Below are positions 1-8,462 of a stretch of DNA of 64,000 bases, in pieces. Each line of letters begins with the position of its first letter. Position 1 is the first letter of the stretch. Origin of the DNA: Escherichia phage CMS-2020a. The stretch is taken from sequence record CP053388.1. One strand, written 5' to 3'. Both the position numbers and the translations under genes were made by a program. Under the pieces are notes generated by a model, which saw nothing but the letters and a program-made list of their open reading frames with translations, was not told the origin of the DNA and did no database searches.

Positions 1-1095
1 ATGTCCACAAAAAATAAAAAAGGTAAAAATAACAAAGAAGTAGAAGATAACATCGACAACTTTGAAGAAGGTTCCCTTGAATTGTACACAGGGGAACTTG
101 TCCCTAATAGCAACAATACAGTCCAACCAATTGCGTTGATGCGACTGGGGTTGTTCGTCCCCACGCTTAAGGGAACAAAATACAGTAAACGTAACAAGCC
201 AAATGAGATCGATGCTTCAAAGGAGCTTGTCCAGCTCGAAGTAGCCCGTTCTGAAGGCTATTCCGATATCAAGATAACCGGTCCTCGTCTCGACATGGAT
301 CATGATTTCAAAACGTGGGTGGGCGTTGTGCGTTCGCTGGCAGAATACGGCGAACCTAACGGTCGTGTCGAGTTAAGCATCACGAAATTTGCTAAGTTTT
401 GTGGCTATCCATCGTCACAGATCCGCAAAACACTCCGCGACCGGCTTACAAACAGTCTTTTGAAGATCATGCGTACAACTCTGTCTTTCCAGAGAACGTA
501 TGAAGAAAAGAACGTCGACGGCTCTAACAAGATCTCGCTTCTGATGGTGCACCTCATCAATAGCGTGGACTACAACGAGCAGAAAGATACGGTGGTGTTC
601 TATGCAGAACCGAAGCTGGCCGAACTATATCGCTTTGACCATAAGGTTCTTTTGCAGTTAAAGGTTATCAATAAGCTACCACGCAAAGAAACAGCACAGG
701 CTCTGTACACCTTCATCGAAAGTCTTCCAACCAAGCCTGCGCCGGTATCGCTTGCTCGATTGCGTGCGCGACTCAATTTGAGTAGCAGGAATGTCAGCTC
801 GCAGAATCAGACTATACGTAACGGCTTAAAAGCTCTCCAAGATTTGGGCTATCTCGAATACAGCGAGATTAAGCGTGGGCGGTCGATCTATATCCAGATT
901 CACAGCCGCAATCCAAAACTCAAAGTCGCACCGCCAAAACCTGAAGACATCGAACCCAAAAAACCAGATGAGAAAGCTGGGGAAATTGATGCCAAACAGA
1001 ACATTATCAACAAGATAACCGAACTTTCGCAGAATTTGACGCCTGAAAATATCAAGATGATTGAGATCCTTTCCAATAGTCTCAAACTGCTTTGA
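1..1095 (+). CDS. putative plasmid-type replication initiator (iteron-binding Rep); ORF starts at window base 1, so the true 5' end is unverified
   Basis: 364-aa ORF with basic N-terminus, immediately followed by an array of 15-bp direct repeats; call is by context, no catalytic motif seen. Confidence 0.5.
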   Translation: MSTKNKKGKNNKEVEDNIDNFEEGSLELYTGELVPNSNNTVQPIALMRLGLFVPTLKGTKYSKRNKPNEIDASKELVQLEVARSEGYSDIKITGPRLDMDHDFKTWVGVVRSLAEYGEPNGRVELSITKFAKFCGYPSSQIRKTLRDRLTNSLLKIMRTTLSFQRTYEEKNVDGSNKISLLMVHLINSVDYNEQKDTVVFYAEPKLAELYRFDHKVLLQLKVINKLPRKETAQALYTFIESLPTKPAPVSLARLRARLNLSSRNVSSQNQTIRNGLKALQDLGYLEYSEIKRGRSIYIQIHSRNPKLKVAPPKPEDIEPKKPDEKAGEIDAKQNIINKITELSQNLTPENIKMIEILSNSLKLL

Positions 1096-1627
1096 TATGC
1101 TGTCAGCGGTGAAATGTATGCTATCAGCGGCTATTTTTCTGAAAAGTATGCTGTGAACGGTTAAAGATATGCTACCAGCGGTATAGTGAGATAAACGTAT
1201 GCTGTGAGCGGTAAATCATCTATCACCACTCAATGCTCTGGCATACCTCCCCAGTGGTTACTAACCTCGAAGAGTGCATTCCATATAGGTTTGCGCTCAC
1301 TAACATTCTATTGCTATTGCGCTGATTGCTTGTAGTGAAAGGCATTTATTGCCTGCTACTCCCTGATAGAACGTATGCTGTCAGCGGTGTTTTATTGAGG
1401 AATTTTTGTTTGGATATGCTATCAGCGGTAATTAATGGTATATGTCAGACATTCGTATGCTGCCAGCGGTAATTTTGTTCTGGTTATACCCATACCGGGA
1501 CACATTATTCATGCAATTTCTTAAGTATGCTGTCAGCGGTAAAAAATCGAGTAAAGTATGCTGTGAGCGGTGAGATAGACTCTCGATATGCTATCAGCGG
1601 TAGTTGATTGTGTATGCTGTCAGCGGT
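1095..1627. repeat. iteron array: 12 direct copies of TATGCT(R)(Y)(S)AGCGGT in two clusters (5 copies 1095-1212, 7 copies 1374-1627) separated by ~160 bp
   Basis: copies read at 1095, 1117, 1147, 1168, 1198, 1374, 1415, 1456, 1526, 1557, 1587, 1613. Confidence 0.85.
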
Positions 1628-1643
1628 GACGACTATGAAATAT

Positions 1644-1665
1644 GACTGCGGAACGTGCCGCAGTC
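1644..1665. terminator. hairpin GACTGCGG-N6-CCGCAGTC between convergent genes
   Basis: perfect 8-bp inverted repeat between end of iteron array and stop of minus-strand ORF at 1675. Confidence 0.4.
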
Positions 1666-1674
1666 AGTTTGCAT

Positions 1675-1887
1675 TTAGTGTATTTTCTTTAACAGACCCC
1701 AAAGTGTTCCGGCTTTTGTAGTCAGTTTTCCTGTTTCTGGATCGTACATACGCCATTCACGCCGCTGGTGGACGATATACCCATCTTCACGTTCCAGACG
1801 CTCAAGAATGCCAGGCTGCTTGAAACCCTTAGCACGCCAGTAGCCGCTTGTTTTCTCGATTTCCAGACCTGCCAGTGTTAATGCCAT
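1675..1887 (-). CDS. hypothetical protein (70 aa)
   Basis: ORF whose stop region abuts start of next gene; last gene of leftward operon. Confidence 0.4.
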   Translation of the reverse strand: MALTLAGLEIEKTSGYWRAKGFKQPGILERLEREDGYIVHQRREWRMYDPETGKLTTKAGTLWGLLKKIH

Positions 1888-2222
1888 TACCCAACCTCCT
1901 TGCAGTCATCGAAAAGGTAGCTTTGCTGAGAAGCGTGAACGCCATAGAAGCCCTTGTATTTGTTGTATACGAAGTGGTCTTCTCCGACGCCGGTTAATTT
2001 GCCATTACGATTTGTGAGATATGGGGATGACAACACTCGATCGTCACGCACAACATAGAACTGGTCGCCGCTGTCTACGACCATCGCTCCATATGGTGCT
2101 TTTATGACGTCGGTAAGAGCGCCATTCTTAACGTCGGCTACAGACATTTCACACTGATAAACAGTGGTGTCGGCCACAACGATCGAAGAAAGAAACAACA
2201 GCGCGAATGGGATGGTCTTCAT
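1887..2222 (-). CDS. secreted/periplasmic hypothetical protein (111 aa)
   Basis: N-terminal signal-peptide-like segment MKTIPFALLFLSSIVVA; start overlaps stop of upstream small ORF (ATGA). Confidence 0.5.
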   Translation of the reverse strand: MKTIPFALLFLSSIVVADTTVYQCEMSVADVKNGALTDVIKAPYGAMVVDSGDQFYVVRDDRVLSSPYLTNRNGKLTGVGEDHFVYNKYKGFYGVHASQQSYLFDDCKEVG

Positions 2223-2398
2223 GCTGCCACCTCTTTGATTACATCAAATGCTGAATTAAATACGAGCACGATAGCCAAAGCGTTTATGACTACGTCGTGC
2301 ACCGGGGAAAAGACTTTACGAATGACACCAGTGAAAATGCAGTCGATGACAAAAGCTATTGAAACGATGAGTAACAAGTATTCAATAAAAATCTTCAT
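2219..2398 (-). CDS. small membrane protein (59 aa), not in supplied ORF track
   Basis: hand-translated MKIFIEYLLLIVSIAFVIDCIFTGV...; hydrophobic; stop TGA overlaps ATG of 1887..2222. Confidence 0.35.
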   Translation of the reverse strand: MKIFIEYLLLIVSIAFVIDCIFTGVIRKVFSPVHDVVINALAIVLVFNSAFDVIKEVAA

Positions 2399-2437
2399 GA
2401 TAGGTAGATACTAACTTATATAAACTTTACTGTAAAC

Positions 2438-2713
2438 TCACTCAAAAGTGCTGATGCTTAAAATACGCTCAAGATGTTCAGCATCTTCATTACTGATTTG
2501 TTGAGTCTCTTCTACGTACCAACAGTTGCCGTTATGCCAACAAACACCATCATCATCAACCATCACTGAATCAGCGTCATGACCTGTATATTCAACAAGA
2601 GTACGCTGGATCAGCGCGTCAGTTTCTTCATCGTTAAGGCCATCGACTTTGACCATAAAAAGCGGAAACACGTCATAGACAGTGCTGGTAACGATTCGAA
2701 CTAAAACTCTCAT
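2438..2713 (-). CDS. hypothetical acidic protein (91 aa)
   Basis: ORF with RBS-like sequence upstream; D/E-rich. Confidence 0.45.
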   Translation of the reverse strand: MRVLVRIVTSTVYDVFPLFMVKVDGLNDEETDALIQRTLVEYTGHDADSVMVDDDGVCWHNGNCWYVEETQQISNEDAEHLERILSISTFE

Positions 2714-2768
2714 GTGTTTTTCCTTTTGTGGTTAGTGTTTACTTATTTTGTTAGTTATGAATAGGCGA

Positions 2769-3194
2769 TCAATCTTCTTGTTTAGGGAAAAACTGTTCAA
2801 TAACTCTGTCAACGGCTGTGTCTATATGGAGTAGATGCCACACAACCATATCTTTGCTTCCCATGCCTTGTGTGAATATCACGTCATACTTACGCCATGC
2901 GCAGTGGAACCAATATGCTGAGTCATCAATTGGTAAATCCTCTCCCGCCTCTTTGAAGTATTTCAGCAGCATTGCCTGCTCTGCCGTTGGCGTTGGACCT
3001 ATTTCCTGAGCGTACATACGGATGAATCGCTGCCAGTCTGTCTCGTCGGGGGTTGGATCTGGTGGGGTCATTTCTGCGATAGCGTTTCGTAGCTGATGCG
3101 CCCAATCAGGTTCAGGAAAGCCTTTTGCTACTTCATCATCAATAACATCCAGAGCCACGTTTGCGGCATCGTAGAGTTTCTTAATAACTGTCAT
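2769..3194 (-). CDS. hypothetical acidic protein (141 aa)
   Basis: ORF; AAACAAATTGTTT palindrome about 20 bp upstream of its start. Confidence 0.45.
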   Translation of the reverse strand: MTVIKKLYDAANVALDVIDDEVAKGFPEPDWAHQLRNAIAEMTPPDPTPDETDWQRFIRMYAQEIGPTPTAEQAMLLKYFKEAGEDLPIDDSAYWFHCAWRKYDVIFTQGMGSKDMVVWHLLHIDTAVDRVIEQFFPKQED

Positions 3195-3244
3195 GTTTTC
3201 TTATCCTTTTAAACAAATTGTTTTCTTAATAAGATAATTTCGAT

Positions 3245-3278
3245 AAAAAAGGCGTCCAACTGGACGCCTGAACTTTTT
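3245..3278 (-). terminator. intrinsic terminator GGCGTCC-AACT-GGACGCC flanked by A-run and T-run
   Basis: hairpin plus T-tract (on minus strand) directly after stop of 3286..4116. Confidence 0.6.
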
Positions 3279-3285
3279 AGGGGAG

Positions 3286-4116
3286 TTATTTCACTGTAAT
3301 GAAAGGAGTGTTAGCCCCTTGAGTCATGTACTGCGGTAACTGGCCATTCCATTTATTGATGGCTTCCAGCTCCATAACGTTCGGGTTTTGACGCAGAGCT
3401 TCACCGCGCAGACGAATGGCGTCTGCTTCTGCTTGCGCACGAGCACGGATAGCATCAGCTTCACCATTAGCCTGTTCACGTAGCATATTCGCCTCAGCTT
3501 TACGTTGTTCAACTTCCTGCTGACGTTGCAGAGTACGCTGGTTAGCCGTTACTTTGGCGTTGATAGATTCAATGACGGTTTTTGGGTAATCAGGCTTTCC
3601 AACCCATGACAGGCTCAGTACCTCAATACCAACCGGAGACATCTCTTTCTGAATATCTTTCAGTGCGTTGTCCAGCAATTGCGCCTTACCACCGTCGATA
3701 AATGAGTCAGTGGTCATACGGCTGGCCAAACGGTTTAGAGAGTCGGCAATTTTCTGACGCAGATCTGATTCGGTGATATCGTCTACGCCTTTGCGATAGG
3801 TCTGGAACACCGTCGTTACCTTGTCACGATTAACCAGATACGCAACGCCAATTTTGTGACCAATAGCAGTACCGTCACTCATCTGGAATGTGAACGGTTC
3901 GTCGTAGGTCTTCATTTGTTTGAAGGTCGGGAATACGTAAAGTTCGGTGTTAAGACCTGTCCATTGGCGACCAACGCCAACCACTTCACCGATCCCTTTG
4001 TCTTCACCTAATTTGTTTACTTTGATGCCAACGTATCCAGGCTCCACGCGATCACAGCCAGTAAGACCCATTGTGCAAATAGCCGCCAGAGCAACTGCAA
4101 GTAAACCTTTCTTCAT
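3286..4116 (-). CDS. SPFH/band-7 (stomatin/prohibitin-like) domain lipoprotein
   Basis: signal peptide with lipobox LTGC; C-terminal Ala/Glu/Arg-rich coiled-coil typical of SPFH proteins; domain call from recalled family features. Confidence 0.55.
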   Translation of the reverse strand: MKKGLLAVALAAICTMGLTGCDRVEPGYVGIKVNKLGEDKGIGEVVGVGRQWTGLNTELYVFPTFKQMKTYDEPFTFQMSDGTAIGHKIGVAYLVNRDKVTTVFQTYRKGVDDITESDLRQKIADSLNRLASRMTTDSFIDGGKAQLLDNALKDIQKEMSPVGIEVLSLSWVGKPDYPKTVIESINAKVTANQRTLQRQQEVEQRKAEANMLREQANGEADAIRARAQAEADAIRLRGEALRQNPNVMELEAINKWNGQLPQYMTQGANTPFITVK

Positions 4117-4119
4117 TAC

Positions 4120-4320
4120 TTATTTCCCCTTTGCTTTGATTAATGAGTTGATAAACTTACGACCAGCAATAAGACCGATTACAGGAGCACCAAAACCAAC
4201 GATAACTCCAAACATGACGGCTAAATCACTCTTGGTGGAAATCAGCGACGGAACCAGTAAACCGTAGATGAGAGCCACTGAAACGCCTGTGGCTACTGCC
4301 AATAGATAGATTTTGATCAT
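4120..4320 (-). CDS. small two-helix membrane protein (66 aa)
   Basis: two hydrophobic segments; 3 bp upstream of SPFH gene. Confidence 0.5.
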   Translation of the reverse strand: MIKIYLLAVATGVSVALIYGLLVPSLISTKSDLAVMFGVIVGFGAPVIGLIAGRKFINSLIKAKGK

Positions 4321-4383
4321 GTGTTTTCCTATGTGGTTGTTATGCGAAAATAATAAGTAAGTACTTATCTATTTTCAAGAGAT

Positions 4384-4407
4384 AAAAAAGGCGTCCTGTG
4401 GACGCCT
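4384..4407 (-). terminator. intrinsic terminator AGGCGTCC-TGT-GGACGCCT plus T-run
   Basis: hairpin and T-tract immediately after stop of RecA-like gene. Confidence 0.6.
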
Positions 4408-4412
4408 TGTGT

Positions 4413-5486
4413 TTACTCTTCTACTGACTCGGTGGGGTTGTCTTTTGCTCTTCGGTCGTCGATTGCCTGCAAAGCCGCAATGATTTCAGCCAGTGGCTTC
4501 TCCCGATACATCTCGACGATCTGCGATTTGGTGTATTTCTTGTCACCAATTTCAACTCGCCCGCTGGCGTTCTTTGGCAGGTATCCTTCTTCCAGCATGT
4601 ACTCGACGAGCGATTCGATAACGTCGAGGCCACGAGTAGGATCGAAGTAGAATTTCCAGGTGCATTTGCCATACGGTGGTGCAACTTTGTTTTTGATGCA
4701 TTCTGCGCCTACGTCCTGGCCGATCTTCTCTTTACCATCCTTCATCACCGATGCACCAAGACGGATACGTACAGAAGCGTAGAACTTCGGTGAATCTCCA
4801 CCTGGCGACGTAGTAGGGTCGCCAAACATTACACCGATTTTTGTGCGAACCTGATTCAAGAAGATGATGCAGGCGTTGTATTTGCGTGCCCACAAAGCCA
4901 GAGTAGGGAAGTTCGCACTTGTCGCACGAGCCAGTGCCGTATTGTCGTTCATGTTTAGCTGATCTTTGTCTTTGGCAGTGCCTTCAGCCATCTTTTCGAA
5001 CTTCTCGGCTTTGGAGTTCGGAACCATAGACGCAAGTGAGTCAGCCACGATACAGATAGGTGCTGATTCAGGAATAAGCTCTTCATCACGTACCAATTTA
5101 AGAATTGTGCCGATCAACTCTACAGAGTCTTCGAAGGTATCAGGCTGCTTGTATACCCACTGACCGTCATCCTCATCTGCGTTCAGGCCATTGGCTACAG
5201 CCAGGCCAACGTCAAAACTGTTTTCATGATCGAGGAATACCGCCAGACCATCTTGTTTTTGAGCGGAGATCATCGCTGCTGTTGCAAGGAACGTTTTCCC
5301 TGCACTTGGAGGACCGAATACTTCGACGATACGACCACATGGGAAGCCGCCATCGTAACGACCAGAAATAGCTTTGTTTAACGGTGGAAAGCCTGTATCA
5401 ATCCAATGAGTTACTTTCTGAATTTCGTCGTTGCTACCGATTTTCTTTTTCAGAGCAAGTGCCAGTGCGGATTTTCCTTTTGCCAT
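4413..5486 (-). CDS. RecA/UvsX-family recombinase ATPase
   Basis: Walker A GPPSAGKT, RecA-like core spacing. Confidence 0.7.
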   Translation of the reverse strand: MAKGKSALALALKKKIGSNDEIQKVTHWIDTGFPPLNKAISGRYDGGFPCGRIVEVFGPPSAGKTFLATAAMISAQKQDGLAVFLDHENSFDVGLAVANGLNADEDDGQWVYKQPDTFEDSVELIGTILKLVRDEELIPESAPICIVADSLASMVPNSKAEKFEKMAEGTAKDKDQLNMNDNTALARATSANFPTLALWARKYNACIIFLNQVRTKIGVMFGDPTTSPGGDSPKFYASVRIRLGASVMKDGKEKIGQDVGAECIKNKVAPPYGKCTWKFYFDPTRGLDVIESLVEYMLEEGYLPKNASGRVEIGDKKYTKSQIVEMYREKPLAEIIAALQAIDDRRAKDNPTESVEE

Positions 5487-5488
5487 GA

Positions 5489-5761
5489 TCAGGCTCCTTT
5501 TGTTTCGTTGATTCGTTTTAAAGCGGCGGATTCGTCGAATACAATCGCATCGTGGTTAAGGAGTCTGGATACACGAGCGAGGATTTTTACGACCTGCTCG
5601 CTGACTAATCCAAACTCGCGATCTGTCGCTTTCATTCCGGCAGCGCCTAGAATTGACGGCAGTGCGATGACAGCGTACTCACCGTGATAAAAGACAATCT
5701 CTTTTGCCAGTTGGGCAGGGGTGGTTGTAGCGCCATTAATAATCGATTTAAGCATTAGCAA
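5489..5761 (-). CDS. hypothetical protein (90 aa)
   Basis: ORF tightly packed between exonuclease and recombinase genes. Confidence 0.4.
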   Translation of the reverse strand: MLMLKSIINGATTTPAQLAKEIVFYHGEYAVIALPSILGAAGMKATDREFGLVSEQVVKILARVSRLLNHDAIVFDESAALKRINETKGA

Positions 5762-6699
5762 TACCTTTCGAATGGAAGAACAAACACTTCAAGGTCTTCA
5801 AGGAACGAACGGAAATTCAGCTCGTAGCACAGTTGCTCGAATGCTTTCACGTCACGATTGCCTTTGATTGTTTCGATTTCGGTAGGCGGAAACTTCGTCT
5901 CAATCAGGTTCATTAGCGTGATGTTTCTCTTGAACGCTTCGAGCATTCGACAGCCTGTTTTCTCGTTGAAGGCATTCTTCGCTAGTTTGTTGAAGGCGGT
6001 CTTATGGCGTCCTTTGTCAACCACGATTGAGCCGTCGTTGATACCGCGTACCATCGTTGCGACACTTCCCCATTCATGCAGCAGCTCTTTCGCACCGCCA
6101 GCACCAATGCCACCAACACCGCTAATGTTGTCCGATTTATCGCCTTGTAATGCTTTTGCTTCCAAAAATGCGCGAGGAGTAGCGAATCCTGTCAGTTCCG
6201 CAAATTGCTCAAAATTAACCTGCTTGTTTTTGGCGTCTTCGCGCAGGCTTACCCAGCTTACGTTTTCGCGAACTAACTGAAGCCAGTCGCTATCGCCTGT
6301 TAACAGATAGATGTGTTCAACGATTGGCTGCGGTGCAATGCTGGCTACCAGCAGCCCGGCCAGATCATCCGCTTCTGCATCTTTTGCAATGAGTTGGGTA
6401 ACTCCAAGCGCGGTCATCATTTTGAGGATGTATGGCTTCTGGATAGCAAAGCCTTCCTTCATCTTTTTCATATCAGGATCGTCGTCGCGATTTGCTTTGT
6501 AGTCCGGGTAAAAGTCGCGACGCTTGTCACTAAATCCATCCCAAAGAATCATAGGTCGGGCATGGAGGATGGAGGCATAACGACGGACGTTCTTAACAAA
6601 GCCGAAAGCAGCCTGTACTTCCATTTCGCCGTTGTGCAATTTGTCAGATTGTTGGTGGTAATAACCCAGGCTATTGCCATCTACGAAGAGATAATTCAC
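5755..6699 (-). CDS. 5'-3' exonuclease / flap endonuclease (FEN-like)
   Basis: N-terminal YLFVDGNSLGYY, helix-hairpin-helix GVGGIGAGGAKELL; start placed at in-frame GTG 6699 because terminator hairpin 6721-6742 lies inside the longer ORF to 6750. Confidence 0.75.
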   Translation of the reverse strand: MNYLFVDGNSLGYYHQQSDKLHNGEMEVQAAFGFVKNVRRYASILHARPMILWDGFSDKRRDFYPDYKANRDDDPDMKKMKEGFAIQKPYILKMMTALGVTQLIAKDAEADDLAGLLVASIAPQPIVEHIYLLTGDSDWLQLVRENVSWVSLREDAKNKQVNFEQFAELTGFATPRAFLEAKALQGDKSDNISGVGGIGAGGAKELLHEWGSVATMVRGINDGSIVVDKGRHKTAFNKLAKNAFNEKTGCRMLEAFKRNITLMNLIETKFPPTEIETIKGNRDVKAFEQLCYELNFRSFLEDLEVFVLPFERYC

Positions 6700-6714
6700 C
6701 GGTACATTCCTTCC

Positions 6715-6742
6715 AAAAAGTAAGGCGTCCGTAGACGCCTTA
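6715..6742 (-). terminator. intrinsic terminator TAAGGCGTC-CGTA-GACGCCTTA plus T-run
   Basis: hairpin and T-tract after SSB stop; same stem sequence family as terminators at 3250 and 4390. Confidence 0.55.
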
Positions 6743-6759
6743 CTGGTCACGTAATGGGA

Positions 6760-7788
6760 TTACAGAGAGTCCAGCTCTCTCAGTAGGTCATCCAGACCTT
6801 CATCTTCCGTCGCAGATGCGGCTGCTACAGATGTCGCTGCGACTGCTTCAGACTCTTTGACTGATACTGCAACGGCAGCGGGACTTGCTTCTGGTTTAAA
6901 TTCAGTTTCAACGGCACGGAGGATTTCTTCATCAACCAGACTGGTTGGTTCAGAAGCTGGGGTATGAGCGGTAGCTACAGCAGTCGCACCCTCCGTATGA
7001 CCAGTGACAGAGCCAAATCCAGGTAGTGCCGCAGCCGATGTTTTCGCGGTTGAGGAAATTGCTGGTGCAGATGCTGCGGCAGTTGGTGCAGCGATGCCAA
7101 TCAGACGACCCATAGTGCGAACTGTCGACAGAAGACGAGTTTCATCAGCCTGATTTGCGTATGCGATCAGATCATGCTGGGTATTCCAGAATTTATCTTC
7201 GATATCGCCTTTGTAGACTTTACGCTTAGGCGAGACGTCATATTTGGTATCGCGACCAGAGCCAGTACGTTTAATCAGGAATGCGTAGCCTTCCTCTTTG
7301 CTCAGTGGATTGCCGATATCATCAGCGATGTCTTCGGTGATTGCTTTGCAGATATCATCGAATACAGTAGACGGCAGCTCGATTAACTGGCATTTCTCAG
7401 CATCTGCGAAATCCTCACGAGCAGAAAGAATGCCGTTGACCAGGTAGCGAGGAGTGGCACGCATTTGACCGATGCGTTCTTCCATTGCTTTGTTACCCTT
7501 GTGACGAGCGCGACCTTCCATCACCATTTCGCATAGCTGACAAGCGCGACCGTGAGTATGTTGCTCACAAATATAAGCGTTGGTTGCTTCTTTACCTTCC
7601 TCGTTCTGATACTTAACGTAGTGCATACCGAAAGTCTGGAAGAACTTACCGTTTGGGTCGTCTTTATTCGGGAAGATGCGGATATAGTTGACGCCGTCTT
7701 TTAAGCGAGTCAGATCAACGTTGTTACCACGTTTGGCGGCAATGTCTTCACGAGTTTTGTTAAGCAAATCAAGTAATGTCTTAGACAT
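6760..7788 (-). CDS. ssDNA-binding protein, T4 gp32-like
   Basis: N-terminal YIRIFPNKDD resembling recalled gp32 motif, Cys/His zinc-site cluster CEQHTHGRACQLC, acidic C-terminal tail DEGLDDLLRELDSL. Confidence 0.65.
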   Translation of the reverse strand: MSKTLLDLLNKTREDIAAKRGNNVDLTRLKDGVNYIRIFPNKDDPNGKFFQTFGMHYVKYQNEEGKEATNAYICEQHTHGRACQLCEMVMEGRARHKGNKAMEERIGQMRATPRYLVNGILSAREDFADAEKCQLIELPSTVFDDICKAITEDIADDIGNPLSKEEGYAFLIKRTGSGRDTKYDVSPKRKVYKGDIEDKFWNTQHDLIAYANQADETRLLSTVRTMGRLIGIAAPTAAASAPAISSTAKTSAAALPGFGSVTGHTEGATAVATAHTPASEPTSLVDEEILRAVETEFKPEASPAAVAVSVKESEAVAATSVAAASATEDEGLDDLLRELDSL

Positions 7789-7905
7789 GTGTTTCTCCTT
7801 GTTGTGATTTGGCCGATGGCGCTATGCGCGTTGGGCTTTCGTTCATTCGTGGCTCTTTCGAGCTGTTAAATGATAGATCAGTACTTACTTATTATCTATC
7901 AAAAA

Positions 7906-8337
7906 TCAACGGGGAGTAATAAAGCGTTCAGAGCCTAATCGCTCTAATTCAACGATGGCCATCTTTGACGCCTGAACGATCATGTCTCGGCGATGCGAAA
8001 AGGCGGCGACAGCATGTTTGTATATGTCTGCGATGTGCCGTGCTTCATCCAACTTCTGCCGTTTAGACAGATACTGTGGGTTTGTTTTAACCTTAGCGTC
8101 CAGTACAGATTCGTTGAACTTAATGCCGTTCATACTCAAGTTCTTACGCTCTGTGTCGTATAGCTTTGCTTCAACAGCTTCAAGGTTAAGTTTTGCCTCT
8201 GCGACACTTCTTTCTGCATGAGCGAGTTTTGAGCCATACTCCATTAAAAGGCGGGGTTGTCTACGCCAGACTTCCTCCAGATTGTCTCGGTCAAACTCGA
8301 GATCAGACATTATTTTCTCGTAAATATCGGTGATCAT
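7906..8337 (-). CDS. hypothetical protein (143 aa), coiled-coil
   Basis: ORF between DnaE and SSB genes. Confidence 0.45.
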   Translation of the reverse strand: MITDIYEKIMSDLEFDRDNLEEVWRRQPRLLMEYGSKLAHAERSVAEAKLNLEAVEAKLYDTERKNLSMNGIKFNESVLDAKVKTNPQYLSKRQKLDEARHIADIYKHAVAAFSHRRDMIVQASKMAIVELERLGSERFITPR

Positions 8338-8431
8338 GTGCTTTCCTTTTTACTTATCATCTTATATTGATTATATCATTGTGATGATAAGGCAAGGAGT
8401 TCGAGGATAGGGGATATGAGGGGATAAGAGA

Positions 8432-8456
8432 AAACATGGCCATAGAGGCCATGTTT
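8432..8456 (-). terminator. hairpin AAACATGGCC-N5-GGCCATGTTT followed by T-rich tract
   Basis: 10-bp perfect stem directly after DnaE stop. Confidence 0.5.
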
Positions 8457-8462
8457 ATGGGA

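Noticed and set aside
1095-1627. Possible CRISPR array suggested by regularly repeated sequence
   Set aside because: Repeat unit is only 15 bp, spacers are irregular (1-30 bp and one 160-bp gap), copies are degenerate, and the array directly follows a Rep-like gene; consistent with iterons, not CRISPR.
5755-6750. Longer start for the 5'-3' exonuclease at 6750
   Set aside because: The extra N-terminal codons would run through the SSB terminator hairpin at 6721-6742; an in-frame GTG at 6699 with upstream GGAAGG is preferred, though unverified.
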